Below are positions 47,496 to 58,673 of a DNA stretch of 64,000 nucleotides, piece by piece. Made by a program: the position numbers and the translations under genes. The stretch lies in assembly GCA_965603825.1 (NCBI GenBank), contig CBFDEM010000051.1, forward strand, positions 1 to 64,000, read 5' to 3'. Numbering within the stretch: position 1 is the stretch's first letter; each line of letters begins with the position of its first letter. This stretch comes from Blepharisma stoltei ATCC 30299 (lineage: Eukaryota > Protista > Ciliophora). Below the pieces are notes generated by a model, which saw nothing but the letters and a program-made list of their open reading frames with translations, searched no databases and was not told the DNA's origin.

Positions 47496-49496
47496 TTAAT
47501 TAGTTAATTCAAAGAAATGGGGACACGAATATAAGAAAAGCTGAACCAATGACGAATTCTGGACAATTTGCACGTGGGGTTTCAAGGACTCCTCAACCGG
47601 AAAATGTACGTCAAGCCTGCAGATTTTTGGGATTTTTATTTGTGAGAAAATATTTTGTGCCATTTCAACATAAATCTCATTAGAAGTTGGAGAAATTTCG
47701 ACCCTTGCTGAAGAAAAAGGAGTGTAATTATCTTGATAGGAGCTGAGGAAACATATGTGCTTAAACCAGCCTAAGCCAACTTGAGAACTTAATTTATATA
47801 TATAAGTGTCCCAAGGGTTGTGAGCATCTGTCATTGTGCACTGTAAGAGGCAGTCGCTTTTAAGCAAGGTTTTCATGCACGCCCCAGCGTCTATAAGCTT
47901 GCTTGAGTTTTCCATGTATCCGAGATGAGGAGAGGAAAGAGACAAGAAAAATTGCATTTTTGAGGAATAGTGGGAAAGGTGGGGAAGGGCTGAACGGATG
48001 ATGAGAGAACCTAAGGAGTATCCGATAAAGGATATTTTTCTCAAGCCTTTGGGACAATATTCGTGGATATAGCTGACGATTTCGTCTGAGAGCTTTCTGC
48101 CCATTTCTTCTAGACTGATTTTTGTGTCTTCTTCATTGGAAACTGAGCTTAAAATCATAGTGTCAGGTCTATAAAGCCCTATATAGTTTTTCCATAGTTT
48201 TACATCAGAGGAGTTCCCTTGAAATCCATGGACTATTATAACTAGATGAATACCGTGTTTTCTCATAGGCAGATTTGGGAGGCAGCTTAACCATTCAGGA
48301 TCCCATGGATTAGTTTCGCTAGAAATCCTGCTTTTTGTGTGGGTGTTGCAAATTAAGACTGGCTTTTGTGACAAAAACAAAGGAGCTTGTATACGAAAAT
48401 TTTGAAAATCTTGGGGGTGATTAAGAATTGTGTCGACAATTTGTTGGTGGTGCTCAGCTAATGATTCATCAAAACTCATAGAAAAATCATTAAGTGTAGC
48501 ACTTTCATAAGAAATATAGCGGTTTCAATACTCTTTTGATGCTTGATTATATAAAATTTCTAATGATCTTGATATTTCTGTTGAATGATTTTTTAGACAA
48601 TCTAAAAATTGGATATTCATATAGCAAATTTTAGCAGCGATGGTCTGAATGTCTTCTATAACTTTCTTTATCACTTTTTCTTTCCCGATACCCACATCAG
48701 GAATTTGGACTTTTTCATCAATTTCTCCTCCTTGGCTATCCCATTCTAGTATAAATTTTTTGTTGTTTTCACATGCATTTTCCAATATTTTTACATAAAT
48801 ATTATATATTTCACTCATATCTTCCTGCAAAATTATATCTTTTCGCTTAAAAAATATTTCCCCTATAGCTTGAATTAGATCTTCTTCTGAATACGAAATG
48901 TGATGGCTACTTTCTTTATTATCGTCCTCTATTTTGGAGCTTCTCAGTCTAAAATCAATTGGTGCCGCATGAATTGTAGCAGATGTCACACAAAAATGCT
49001 CATCATCAAAGACAAATGGGAAATAATTATTTATCCCGCTAATGATTGACTTTACTTCAATTTCTATTGACGAGACAGCTTGGAATTCTCTAATCCTCCT
49101 CACGTCAGTATTTAAAACTTCTTCATCTTCTTGATTTTCAGTATTTAAATACATCAAATTCGCCCTGATCTTAATTTCTCCAAGATTTTTTCCTCTTTCA
49201 TAGTCAATCTCAGTCCGGAAGACAGCAATTTCATTAAAAATGATTTCTTCATCGTTATATCGGATTCAGAAGCTTCTGGTTTTGAACTTCATGTCATCAA
49301 TATTTGGCTCAAGAATCCTACACTCGTCTTTTGGCTCTTCGTTCATTATCAAATTATAAGGCGACGCATAGATTTCTGTATCTTTAATCTTCTGAAACAC
49401 AGAAAATTCTATATGATAAAGCCCAGATTGATATAAATCAATGTTCCTGAAACTTTCAACGTTGATGATGATATCAGCAATAGCCCTAAAAGACAT
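47496..49496 (-). CDS. FAM135-like protein (C-terminal DUF676 alpha/beta hydrolase), 666 aa
   Basis: FRNIDLYQSGLY..TRSF(W)IRYNDEEI.FNE N-terminus; HLVIIVHGFQGNS.D, ISFIGYSLG.LIIR.ALP, SSPHLGY, SSYQDNY.PF.SAR. Three ORFs joined by two TGA. Confidence 0.9.
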
Positions 49497-49624
49497 TATT
49501 TATTTCCATTTTTAATCAACAAATTAGTGGGTTTCCATGTTGAAGAAAATAAATTATTTAAAATCTGGGCGGCCGTTTACAATTGGCTTTATGACATTTA
49601 TTTCTGTTTATTTAATTATACAAA

Positions 49625-50377
49625 TTATTTAAAAAAGCTTTTATAGCTGGTCGGGTAACTTTTCTGTGACAATAAATCTGTATATTGTGTCTCCAAATAA
49701 GACCTTATTGAGTCAAAATTAGTAGAGGTATCTACATATCGTGACACCCTAAACTCTTTTCCTGAGCATTCCCTCGTCTTGTTTCTTTTTCTTGTTAAAT
49801 CTCCTAGTTTTTCATAGCCTTCCACATAAGGCTCTCCATACACATAAGAGTCCATCCTCTTCCATGCTGAGCCATTATCAACCTTTATATTCAGTGTAGA
49901 AGGGCTTTTATTATCTTCCCTTCATTTCGGCAAGTGAAATTTATTTACATCAAGAGCTTCATAATCAAATAAGTCAGGAACTCTTATTTCTCGCTTAAAA
50001 ACCTTGACCTTACGCTTCACTTCAGTTGGCCTCATTCAATCGCTGCTGTTGTGAGGCGAATGATTGTTGTATTTATCCGTTTCCAGGTGGGAGCTTTTAA
50101 ACTCGTCAGAGCAGCGTTGGGCTCTTTCTGCGCTTTTCATATATTTCCTAATATACATATTTCCAGCCTTTTCCAGGTGCTTTTTTCTAGTTCGGAATTC
50201 ATGGCTTGATGGATGTTTTATCATGACAGCTCCCTCTTGTAAGGTTTTTATAGCCCCTGGAGAAGCAGATCGGCCTCAATCAAGGATTCTTTTGTAAGAC
50301 TGCACTGAGCTGATGGCTCTTCTTTTTTTGACTGGTCTTGGACTTTGTGACTTCTTGTACTTGAATAAGTTAAACAT
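49625..50377 (-). CDS. Hypothetical basic protein, 250 aa
   Basis: ATG 50377 to TAA 49625 in one frame with three TGA (joins ORFs 50224 and 49855). Confidence 0.75.
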
Positions 50378-50400
50378 GACCTAAATTATTTAATTAGTGT

Positions 50401-51585
50401 CTATACACTTCTATTTAACTCTGATTCACTCTTATTTAGCTCTTCATCAATATCATCTAGACTTGGGTCTCCAAATAATAAAACAGAAGGATTCATCTGG
50501 ATTCTTTCAAGCAGCACTCCCTTAATACTTTCCCATCGCTCTATTTCTTCAAGCTCCAGATTGGCTTTGCAGATTTGGCATCTGTCTTCAATTTCCATAT
50601 TCGAGGTGCATGCGCAGATCTGTTGAAAAATCAAATTTATAGCAAATTGGTCAGAAACCTTTTTGCTGCTTTTGAACTTGTAGGGATCAATTTCCAGTTT
50701 TGGGAAAACTGAAACTCCACCATAAGCTGTAAATCCTGTGTTGAAGGAAAACCTACAAATTCTCTTATACTTAATAGCACCTCAATGTGACAGTTTGCAA
50801 AGAATATCTCCTTGCAAGAGAAGCTCTTTATCAACTACTGCAATTTCATGCAATTGCAATTCTTCCCAGGAATCCTGGAAAGTTTTCTGTCGATCTCTAT
50901 TGCTTTCTCTACTGGAGTACACCAACTGGTTATTTCGATACATATCAATAAAAGGCTTTGACGAATTTCCATTCACATGAGGCGCAGTTCTCAGCTGGAC
51001 CCTTGAAAGCTGCACCACAAGCGGGCCTTTGACCCTGCCATGAAAAATCTCTGCAAAATACCCTACATACCTGACTTGTGAAGGCTGGGTAACCCCTCCA
51101 CCTTGCACAAATCGCTTTCTTTTATAATACAGCAAAGATTGGTTGGGGTCTGAAATCCTTCCTGAGTAAATTAAGTAGCAGCATATAAGAGTTCCTGTCC
51201 GGCCCTTCCCTGCGCGACAATTAACTGCAATTACGTTTTGGGGATCTAAACTGAGTCAAAGATGAATATCTTTGCAAGCTTTAAAAAGGAGTTCTACAGG
51301 AGGAGGGTAATGGTCAGGCCACGGGAACTCTTTGACACTGTCCCCGAATTTTCTGTAGTCGTATTGGATGCCGCTTAGATTGAGAATGCGATATTTCCCA
51401 TTATGTCTGTCGTTTAGAAATTTAGAGACTGAATCAAGCGAATTTCTATAAATTTTGGACAAACCTTCCCCTGGGATTGACATTGCAATTACTCTGGGCG
51501 TTATATAACTTAAATCCAAATTAAATCCGTCCTCTTTAAGTCTTTTCTTTTTGCCTGAAACAATTGCTCTAAGATAGTCCACCAT
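50401..51585 (-). CDS. PTEN: PTEN-like phosphatase (PTP + C2), 394 aa
   Basis: VSGKKKR..EDGFNLDLSYIT.RVIAM, WPDHYPP, NCRAGKGRTG, GVTQPSQVRYV, GDILC..FSFNTGF. ORFs 51585, 51135 and 50634 are joined by TGA. Confidence 0.92.
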
Positions 51586-51985
51586 AATATATGATTAATC
51601 AGACAATATTTCAGTTGTGCTTTCAAAATTTATCATTTTTCCCAATTTAAAGCTTTAAAAATAAATTATCATTCTAATAAGAATCCAACAGAAATCGCGG
51701 AATTCCATTATCTCACCAATTTTTTACCTTATTTATATCTATTTTTATCAAACCCAGGATTCCTCTAAAGCTACTAAAGCCTGCTTATTTTCCTGAATAA
51801 GTTTTCATAAAATTTTCCCCTCCAATCTCACAATTTTCCAATAATTTTTTCTCAAATTTTGCCTCAGCCTATATACTTTCTGCTTATCCTCTACAGTCTT
51901 TAAAGCACTTATTGCCCTTAAATCCTATTGCAAGCCTCTTAAAACACCTGAACTCCTCTTTGTTTAATGGTTATAATCAGTGGTA

Positions 51986-52312
51986 ATGGAGTCCGAAGAT
52001 AACACCATCAAAGTCAGTGCAAAGTCTAACCCTGGCAGCTATATTTTTGAAGGCAAAGAAAAGCTCAAAAGCAAAGGAAGTGTCGCTTTCCACGCAATTG
52101 GTGGATCCATAGTGAATGCAGTGAGAGCATCAGAAAGATTAATTGACCTTGGCTATGCCACCCTTACAAAGTTCGAGACTTCTTGCATTGACGAGAAAGA
52201 TTTTAACGGACAGCCGAGAAAAGTATATAAAGTTGTTCTTCAGCTTGCCAGAACTCCAGACTTTGACAGTATCTATGATGAATTTGAAAAGAAAAGAGCA
52301 ACTAAAAACTAA
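51986..52312 (+). CDS. Alba-domain nucleic-acid-binding protein, 108 aa
   Basis: IKVSAKSNPGSYI....KL....V.FHAIGGSIVNAV..SE.L...G Alba pattern. Confidence 0.85.
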   Translation: MESEDNTIKVSAKSNPGSYIFEGKEKLKSKGSVAFHAIGGSIVNAVRASERLIDLGYATLTKFETSCIDEKDFNGQPRKVYKVVLQLARTPDFDSIYDEFEKKRATKN

Positions 52313-53739
52313 TCTTAAAAACATAGATTCACCAGCTTAATTGAGCTAAAATATATTAGTTATTGTAATTTTTATGGGTGACATAATTTGGCTATTATTT
52401 GTTTCCTGAAGATTCTTAAAAAATATAAAGAGAGAGAACACAAATAACCAAAGAAAAAGCTAATTTACACTTAAACAATCAATCCTAATATCATCAAATT
52501 TACCAAATATAATTGGCAGCGAGTAAGGGTAAGCATGCTATTGCAAAAATATAAAAAATCAATAGGATTTCTATATTCATAGAAAGGCTTTTGATCAAAA
52601 TTATAAGCTAAAATGATTTATATGCTTAAAAGCTCATATAAGCAAAATTATTGGAAAGATTGATTTGGATAGGAAAAACAAAGGTTTAAATTTTATATTA
52701 ATTTGATATGAATTTAGTTTGAGGCAAAACTGGAGCATAAAAATTTTATATAAAAAGGACCTATGCAGTTAGACTCAAAATATTATGGCAAGTTTTAAGA
52801 GGATAAACATTTCTCAGCAAAAATTATTTTCCTGGTAAAATCTCTTTATCGAAGCTTCAATAATTTGTTTAAGCAATTTATCACTGTTGATTGGATAAGC
52901 CAACGATTTCCTTCTGCGACTGAAATTTTCGAGCTCATTCAATTTTTAAGCTAAATTCTCTCTAACTAAGCCTATTAAATAACAAAAATGTGCAAAGTAG
53001 TGTGTTAATCATTTTTATTAATTAGTAGAAATAAATATCATATTTAAGTTATGTTTTAAGTACTTCATTTAGGATATTTAAAATTAATAAATTTGTAAAA
53101 TGAAATATTCAAAGTACAAATTTTAGAATAATAAGTTTAAATGGGCAGATATAAATTCAACTTTATTGATAAAAGCTTGATTCTATTGAACAATTAATAA
53201 ACTTTATTTTACTATAAGAGATATTATTAGCCCAAATAATGATTAAATATTAATATAAAAGTATTAAATATAAAAAGATGGCTTATCAGACTTCTCTGAG
53301 TCTATTTTAGACGGTTTGAAATAGAGTAAAATTAATTTAAGTTCTCAAGGCTATTGCAATTAACAGAATAAAATTGTTATTAATTGTCAATTTTCCAGCT
53401 TGATGCTTTGAATAAGCTTAGAATTTTTGATGAGATTTTTTAATATTTGGTATATCAAAAACACAATAAAAACAATTTTTTAGATAAAGACAGATAAGGT
53501 ATAGCCTATTTCTTTTTACACAATTCTCTAAGGTTCATAGAATCGAAAGAAAAAATAAATTCTTTCGGCCAAAAATTTCTTAACTTTATGTTCGAGATAT
53601 ATTACAATTAACTTTATGAGTTTTTTCTCGATTTATGTTGACAAATTTCTTATGTTCCATAATTCTTCTTCAACGCTAAGCCTCTTCCATTTTTAAATGA
53701 CGCCTTCTCAGGTTGATTAGAACATTCCATTTATAAACA

Positions 53740-54768
53740 ATGGCTGGTAAGCTGCAACAGGATGGCGAGACTGAACCAAAGCAATTCCCTATGACCGAGC
53801 TTTTCAGGTCACTAATTGGCAAAGGAAAAATGCAATTGATATTTTTCCTCATCTTTTTGCTGTTTTTCCCCTTCTTGGCTCCCTTCTTAAAGGATTTCAA
53901 CGACACCTTACAATGAAGAATTGCTAGTAACCCCAACTACCCATGGCCAAAGTACGACGATTTGTGGTTGGCTTGCTATTCTTGTATAATTCTTATAGGC
54001 TTAATGCTTCTGTTTAAATTTTCTCTAAAGCCTCTTGCTGAAAGAATCATTGTGCCAAGATACACAGGGAAAGAAAGAACGACCAGGGCAGAAAAACTTG
54101 TAGAGTCTTTGTTTAAGGCCCTTTACTTTACCTTTTCTGTTGTCTTTGGGTATTGGGTTGCAAAGGACTCTTATTTTTTGTCTTGGAAGTTGGGTGGGAA
54201 AGGTGATGTGAATTTGATGTGGACCGATTTTCCATTCCAAAGCACTGAAACTTTTCCTTATATCAGGGAATACTTAATGATCCAGCTCGGATATCATACT
54301 CAATCCTTTATAGTGCACATTTTAAGTAAGCCTAGAAATGATTTCATGGAAATGCTTCTGCATCATTCGCTTACTATTTGCCTATTGACGTCAGGATATT
54401 TAATGAACTACGTCGTTATGTCTCATTTAGTTCTTTTCGTTCATGATATACCTGACTTGTTTGTGTACTTGACTAGAATATTTATGGATACAAAACATAA
54501 AAATATTACATTTTTATCGTATATAGGAATTATGATTTCTTGGGCGTATTTGAGATTGTATATTTACCCATTTGATCTAATAAGAATGGGGAGCTTTTAT
54601 GATAACCCAGTAAGCCACGAAATTTATGGGATGGGAATCTTGTCAGGGATGGTCCATGTGTTGCTGCTTATGCATATTTATTGGTATGTTCTTTTAGTAA
54701 AAATGGGATTTAAATTCGTAATGACTGGAGTACCAGCTGACACTCAAAAGAAGCTTAATGAGGAATAA
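53740..54768 (+). CDS. Ceramide synthase (TLC/Lag1 family), 342 aa
   Basis: ATG 53740 is in frame through one TGA. Lag1 motif RNDFMEMLLHH..L...Y..N......VLFVHDIPD; multiple TM segments. Confidence 0.92.
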
Positions 54769-54802
54769 AATAATCAAATAATTATAAAAAATAATATAGA
54801 AG

Positions 54803-56527
54803 TTAATCAAGTGATGGCTCTTCATCTGGCTTATTGGGAGCGTTCAACATATGAGTCAGAATATCATTGGTGTATTTCAGTCTTTTAGTCATCTCATGAT
54901 TTGTGCTTTCTTGGGCTATGTCTAATGGATAAGTAGTTCTTTCTCCATTTTGATTAACATAGGTAACAATTCTTGTTTTGTTACTTAGTATAATTTCAGT
55001 ATGATCCTGGAAATTGACCTGGATAATTTTATTTGACAGTCTGAACATAATCGCATGATTAGTCCTCATCCATTTTTTGACGTAGACTGGGTTCGCCATT
55101 GTATTCTCATCCTCAACCCCTGTTTCTTCTTTTATGTCTCGCTCTAAATAACTTATATGATCTATAAAATGCTGCAATAGAGTGACCTTTTCCTGAAGCT
55201 CTTTAGGATACTCAGTTAACGTATGATTTGCTACCATATATTGCTTTTCAGGCATTTTTCTTTCGATATAATTAAAAAGATGTCCATCTGGCCCTAAAAT
55301 TACTTTAGTGGTGTCATTGAATAATATACCAGCTGAGCCATTACTTAGCAAATAGCCTAGTCCGTACTCTGAAGAATAATCTACCCACTTTTTAACCAAA
55401 ACTTCAGGAGCGTTTGCCATCCCTTGTGAAGAATTCGCTATCATCGGAAGCTGCTTAGTTTCTTCTTTTGCACTAGAAATTCTTTCAGTGCTTACCAATG
55501 AAGACTGCTCTAAAATATTTGGTGCAGTTTCTGTTAGCCTCTCGGTTGAATAAACCTGAGGATTTGTAGCACCTGGTTGAAATTGTCTAAGAAATGATGA
55601 AGATGGTGGACACGCCAGCGTAGACGGAGGAAGCAGCTTAGGTATAGAATTTCCTTGATGGAAAAACTCATGATCCAGCATCTCATCAATTGACGGCCGT
55701 TTCGAAGGGTCATTAACCAGTATCCTCGTAATAAGACTTTTGCTTTGCTCGCTAAGCGGCACATGGTCAGGAAATGAATAATCATTCATGCGGATTCTTC
55801 TATAAGTGTTTTTTACATCAGAAGTTTCAAATGGAGGCTTTCCTACCAAAAGTGTATAAGCCACAATCCCTAAGCTCCAGATGTCAACTTCATAAGAATA
55901 CCCTTGCTTCCCATCCAAAATTTCTGGTGCAATATAATTTGGTGTCCCACAGATCGTCTTTTTCCTTTCCCCATCATGATCCAGCTTGGTCGCCGTACCA
56001 AAATCCCCAATTTTTACCTCCATTTTTTCAGACAGGAAAAAATTGCCTAATTTCAAGCCTCTATGGATAACTCGGTGACTGTGTAGATATTTCATTCCTG
56101 ATATAATTTGCATCAAATAGCATTGAACTTCTAGCTCTGTAAGTCTTTTTCTACGTCTCAGAAGTTCGTTCATCGTTTGATTTATACAGAGCTCAAATAA
56201 AATGTAAACATTTTCATTGTCTTCGAAGAAATGTTCAAAACTTACTATATTTGGATGGTGCAAGGAGCGGTGGATTTCAATTTCTGACAATAATCATTCA
56301 TTCGCTCTTGCTTTAACTAATGATGCTTTTGGGATAATTTTGGCTGTTGCTACTTTTAGGTTTTCCAAATTTGTAAACTCATAATATTTTGCAAAGCCGC
56401 TTCCTCCGAGAAATCGGCCTTTATTGTACCTTCTTATTTCGATATCTCCGTCCACTTTTGAAACTTTTTCTTCGACAATGCTTGCAGTGTCACTTACTTC
56501 TTGATTTCTGCTTGATTCGAGAGCCAT
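54803..56527 (-). CDS. Diverged Polo-like kinase duplicate, probable pseudokinase, 574 aa
   Basis: Near-identical DNA to the 56607-58340 gene. ORFs 56527 and 56290 are joined by TGA. HRD is changed to HRG, GKGGFARC to GGSGFAKY, and DFGLA to DFGTA. Confidence 0.8.
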
Positions 56528-56606
56528 ATTTTTAATATCTGATATAGTTTAAATAAGCTTAATGAGGAATAAAATAATCAATAAATTATAAAAAATAATA
56601 AAGAAG

Positions 56607-58340
56607 TTAATCAAGAGGTGGCTCTTCACCTGGCTTATTTGGAGCGTTCAGCATATGAGTCAGAATGTCTTTGGTGTATTTCAATCTTTTAGTCATCTCA
56701 TGATTTGTGCTTTCTTGGGCTGTGGCTAATGGATAAGTAGTTCTTTCTCCTTTTTTATTCACATAAGTAACAACTCTTGTTTCGCTACTCAGTATAATTT
56801 CAGTATGATCCTGGAAATTGACCTGGACAATTTTATTTGACAGTCTGAACATAATCGCATGCCTAGTCCTCATCCATTTTTTGACGTAGACTGGGTTTGC
56901 CATTGTATTCTCATCCTCAACTCCTGTTTCTTGTTTTATGTCTCCTTCTAAATAACTTCTAAAATGTTGCAATAGAGTGACCTTTTTCTGAAGCTCTTTA
57001 GGATACTCAGTTAGCGTATGACTTGTTACCATGTCTTGCTTTTCAGGTCCTTTTCTTTCCATATAATTAAAACGATGTCCAGCTGGTCCTAAAATTACTT
57101 TAGTGGCGTCATTGAAAAATACACCAGTTGAGCCATTACTTAGCAAATAGCCTAGACCGTACTTTGATGAATAATCTACCCACTTTTTAACCCAAACTTC
57201 AGGAGCGTTTGCCATCCCTTGTGAAGAATTCGCTATCGTTGGAAGCTGCTTAGTTTCTTCTTTTACCCTAGAAATTCTTTCAGTGTTTACTAGCTCTGGT
57301 CTAGATGTCCTCGAAGACTGCTTTGAAATATTTGGTGCTGTTTCTGTCAGCCTCTGAGTTGAAGAAACCTGAGGATTTGTAGCACCTGGTTGAAATTGTC
57401 TAAGAAATGATGAAGATGGTGGACACGCCAGCGTAGACGGAGGAAGCAGCTTAGGTATAGAATTTCCTTGATGGAAAAACTCATGATCCAGCATCTCATC
57501 AAGCGACGGCCGTTTCGAAGGGTCATTAACCAGTATCCTCGTAATAAGACTTTTGCTTTGCTCGCTAAGCGGTACATGGTCAGGAAACGAATAGGCATTC
57601 ATGCGGATTCTTCTATAAGTCGTTTTTACATCAGAAGTTTCAAATGGAGGCTTTCCTACCAAAAGTGTATAAGCCACAACCCCTAAGCTCCAGACGTCAA
57701 CTTCATAAGAATGCCCTTGCTTCCCATCCAAAACTTCTGGCGCAATATAATTCGGTGTCCCACAGATCGTCCTTTTCCTTTCCCCATCATGCTCCAGCTT
57801 AGTCGCTAGGCCAAAATCTCCAATTTTTACCTCCATTTTGTCAGACAGGAAAAAATTGCCTAATTTCAAGTCTCTATGGATAACTCGGTGACTGTGCAGA
57901 TATTTCATTCCTGATATAATTTGCATCAAATAGCATTGAACTTCTAGCTCTGTAAGTCTTTTTCTACGTCTCAGAAGTTCGTTCATAGTTTGATTTGTAC
58001 AGAGCTCTAGTAAAATGTAAACATTTTCATTGTCTTCGAAGAAATGTTCAAAACTTACTATATTTGGATGGTGCAAGGAGCGGTGGATTTTTATTTCTGA
58101 CATTAATTTTTGTTTTGCCCTTGCTTTAGCTAATGATGCTTTTGGGACGACTTTGGCTGCTGCTATTTTTCGGGTTTCCAGACTTGTGAACTCATAGCAT
58201 CTGGCAAATCCTCCTTTTCCGAGAAATCGGCCTTTATTGTACCTTCTTATTGCGATATCTCCGTTTACTTTTACAACTTTTTCTTCGACAACGCCTGCAG
58301 TGTCGCTTTCTTCTTGATTTCTGCTTGATTTAAGAGCCAT
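56607..58340 (-). CDS. PLK1: Polo-like kinase, 577 aa
   Basis: GKGGFARC, HRDLKLGN, DFGLA, TICGTPNYIAPE; polo boxes WVKKWVDYSSKYGLGY and KWMRT.HAI.FRLSN..VQVNFQDHT. Confidence 0.96.
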   Translation of the reverse strand: MALKSSRNQEESDTAGVVEEKVVKVNGDIAIRRYNKGRFLGKGGFARCYEFTSLETRKIAAAKVVPKASLAKARAKQKLMSEIKIHRSLHHPNIVSFEHFFEDNENVYILLELCTNQTMNELLRRRKRLTELEVQCYLMQIISGMKYLHSHRVIHRDLKLGNFFLSDKMEVKIGDFGLATKLEHDGERKRTICGTPNYIAPEVLDGKQGHSYEVDVWSLGVVAYTLLVGKPPFETSDVKTTYRRIRMNAYSFPDHVPLSEQSKSLITRILVNDPSKRPSLDEMLDHEFFHQGNSIPKLLPPSTLACPPSSSFLRQFQPGATNPQVSSTQRLTETAPNISKQSSRTSRPELVNTERISRVKEETKQLPTIANSSQGMANAPEVWVKKWVDYSSKYGLGYLLSNGSTGVFFNDATKVILGPAGHRFNYMERKGPEKQDMVTSHTLTEYPKELQKKVTLLQHFRSYLEGDIKQETGVEDENTMANPVYVKKWMRTRHAIMFRLSNKIVQVNFQDHTEIILSSETRVVTYVNKKGERTTYPLATAQESTNHEMTKRLKYTKDILTHMLNAPNKPGEEPPLD

Positions 58341-58673
58341 ATTTTTAAAATACTGAAAAGTTTAAATTTAAGGCAAATAGATTTGCTGAACTTTCTTTGA
58401 AAACAGAAAAGTAATAAACAGATTAAAATGCTTATAGCCCCGTTCCCAGCTATAAAGCTTGATTTAAATAAATATTGTTGGTATTGAAAAATGCCCATTT
58501 TAAGATAAGCTATAATGATATTGAGACTTCTAAGAGCAATATAATTCAAGCCTATAATTATATAATTGCTTGATTTTAAAAATTAATTTCCTTTCTCCAT
58601 TCTACATTTTTAAGTTTAATTTGATTATTTGATCTCTCTAGGTCAGAGAAAAATCTGTATTTTAAATTATTTC

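Larger units (their letters stand above)
54751..58367. repeat. Direct tandem duplication of about 1.8 kb (unit 1 54751-56554, unit 2 56555-58367)
   Basis: Both units begin AAGCTTAATGAGGAATAAAATAATCA (54751, 56555) and end ...GCCATATTTTTAA..CTGA...AGTTTAAAT. Confidence 0.92.

Noticed and set aside
52340-53700. Long AT-rich intergenic stretches (also 29300-30110) as a retained IES or transposon
   Set aside because: I saw no terminal inverted repeats, transposase remnants or defined TA-bounded ends.
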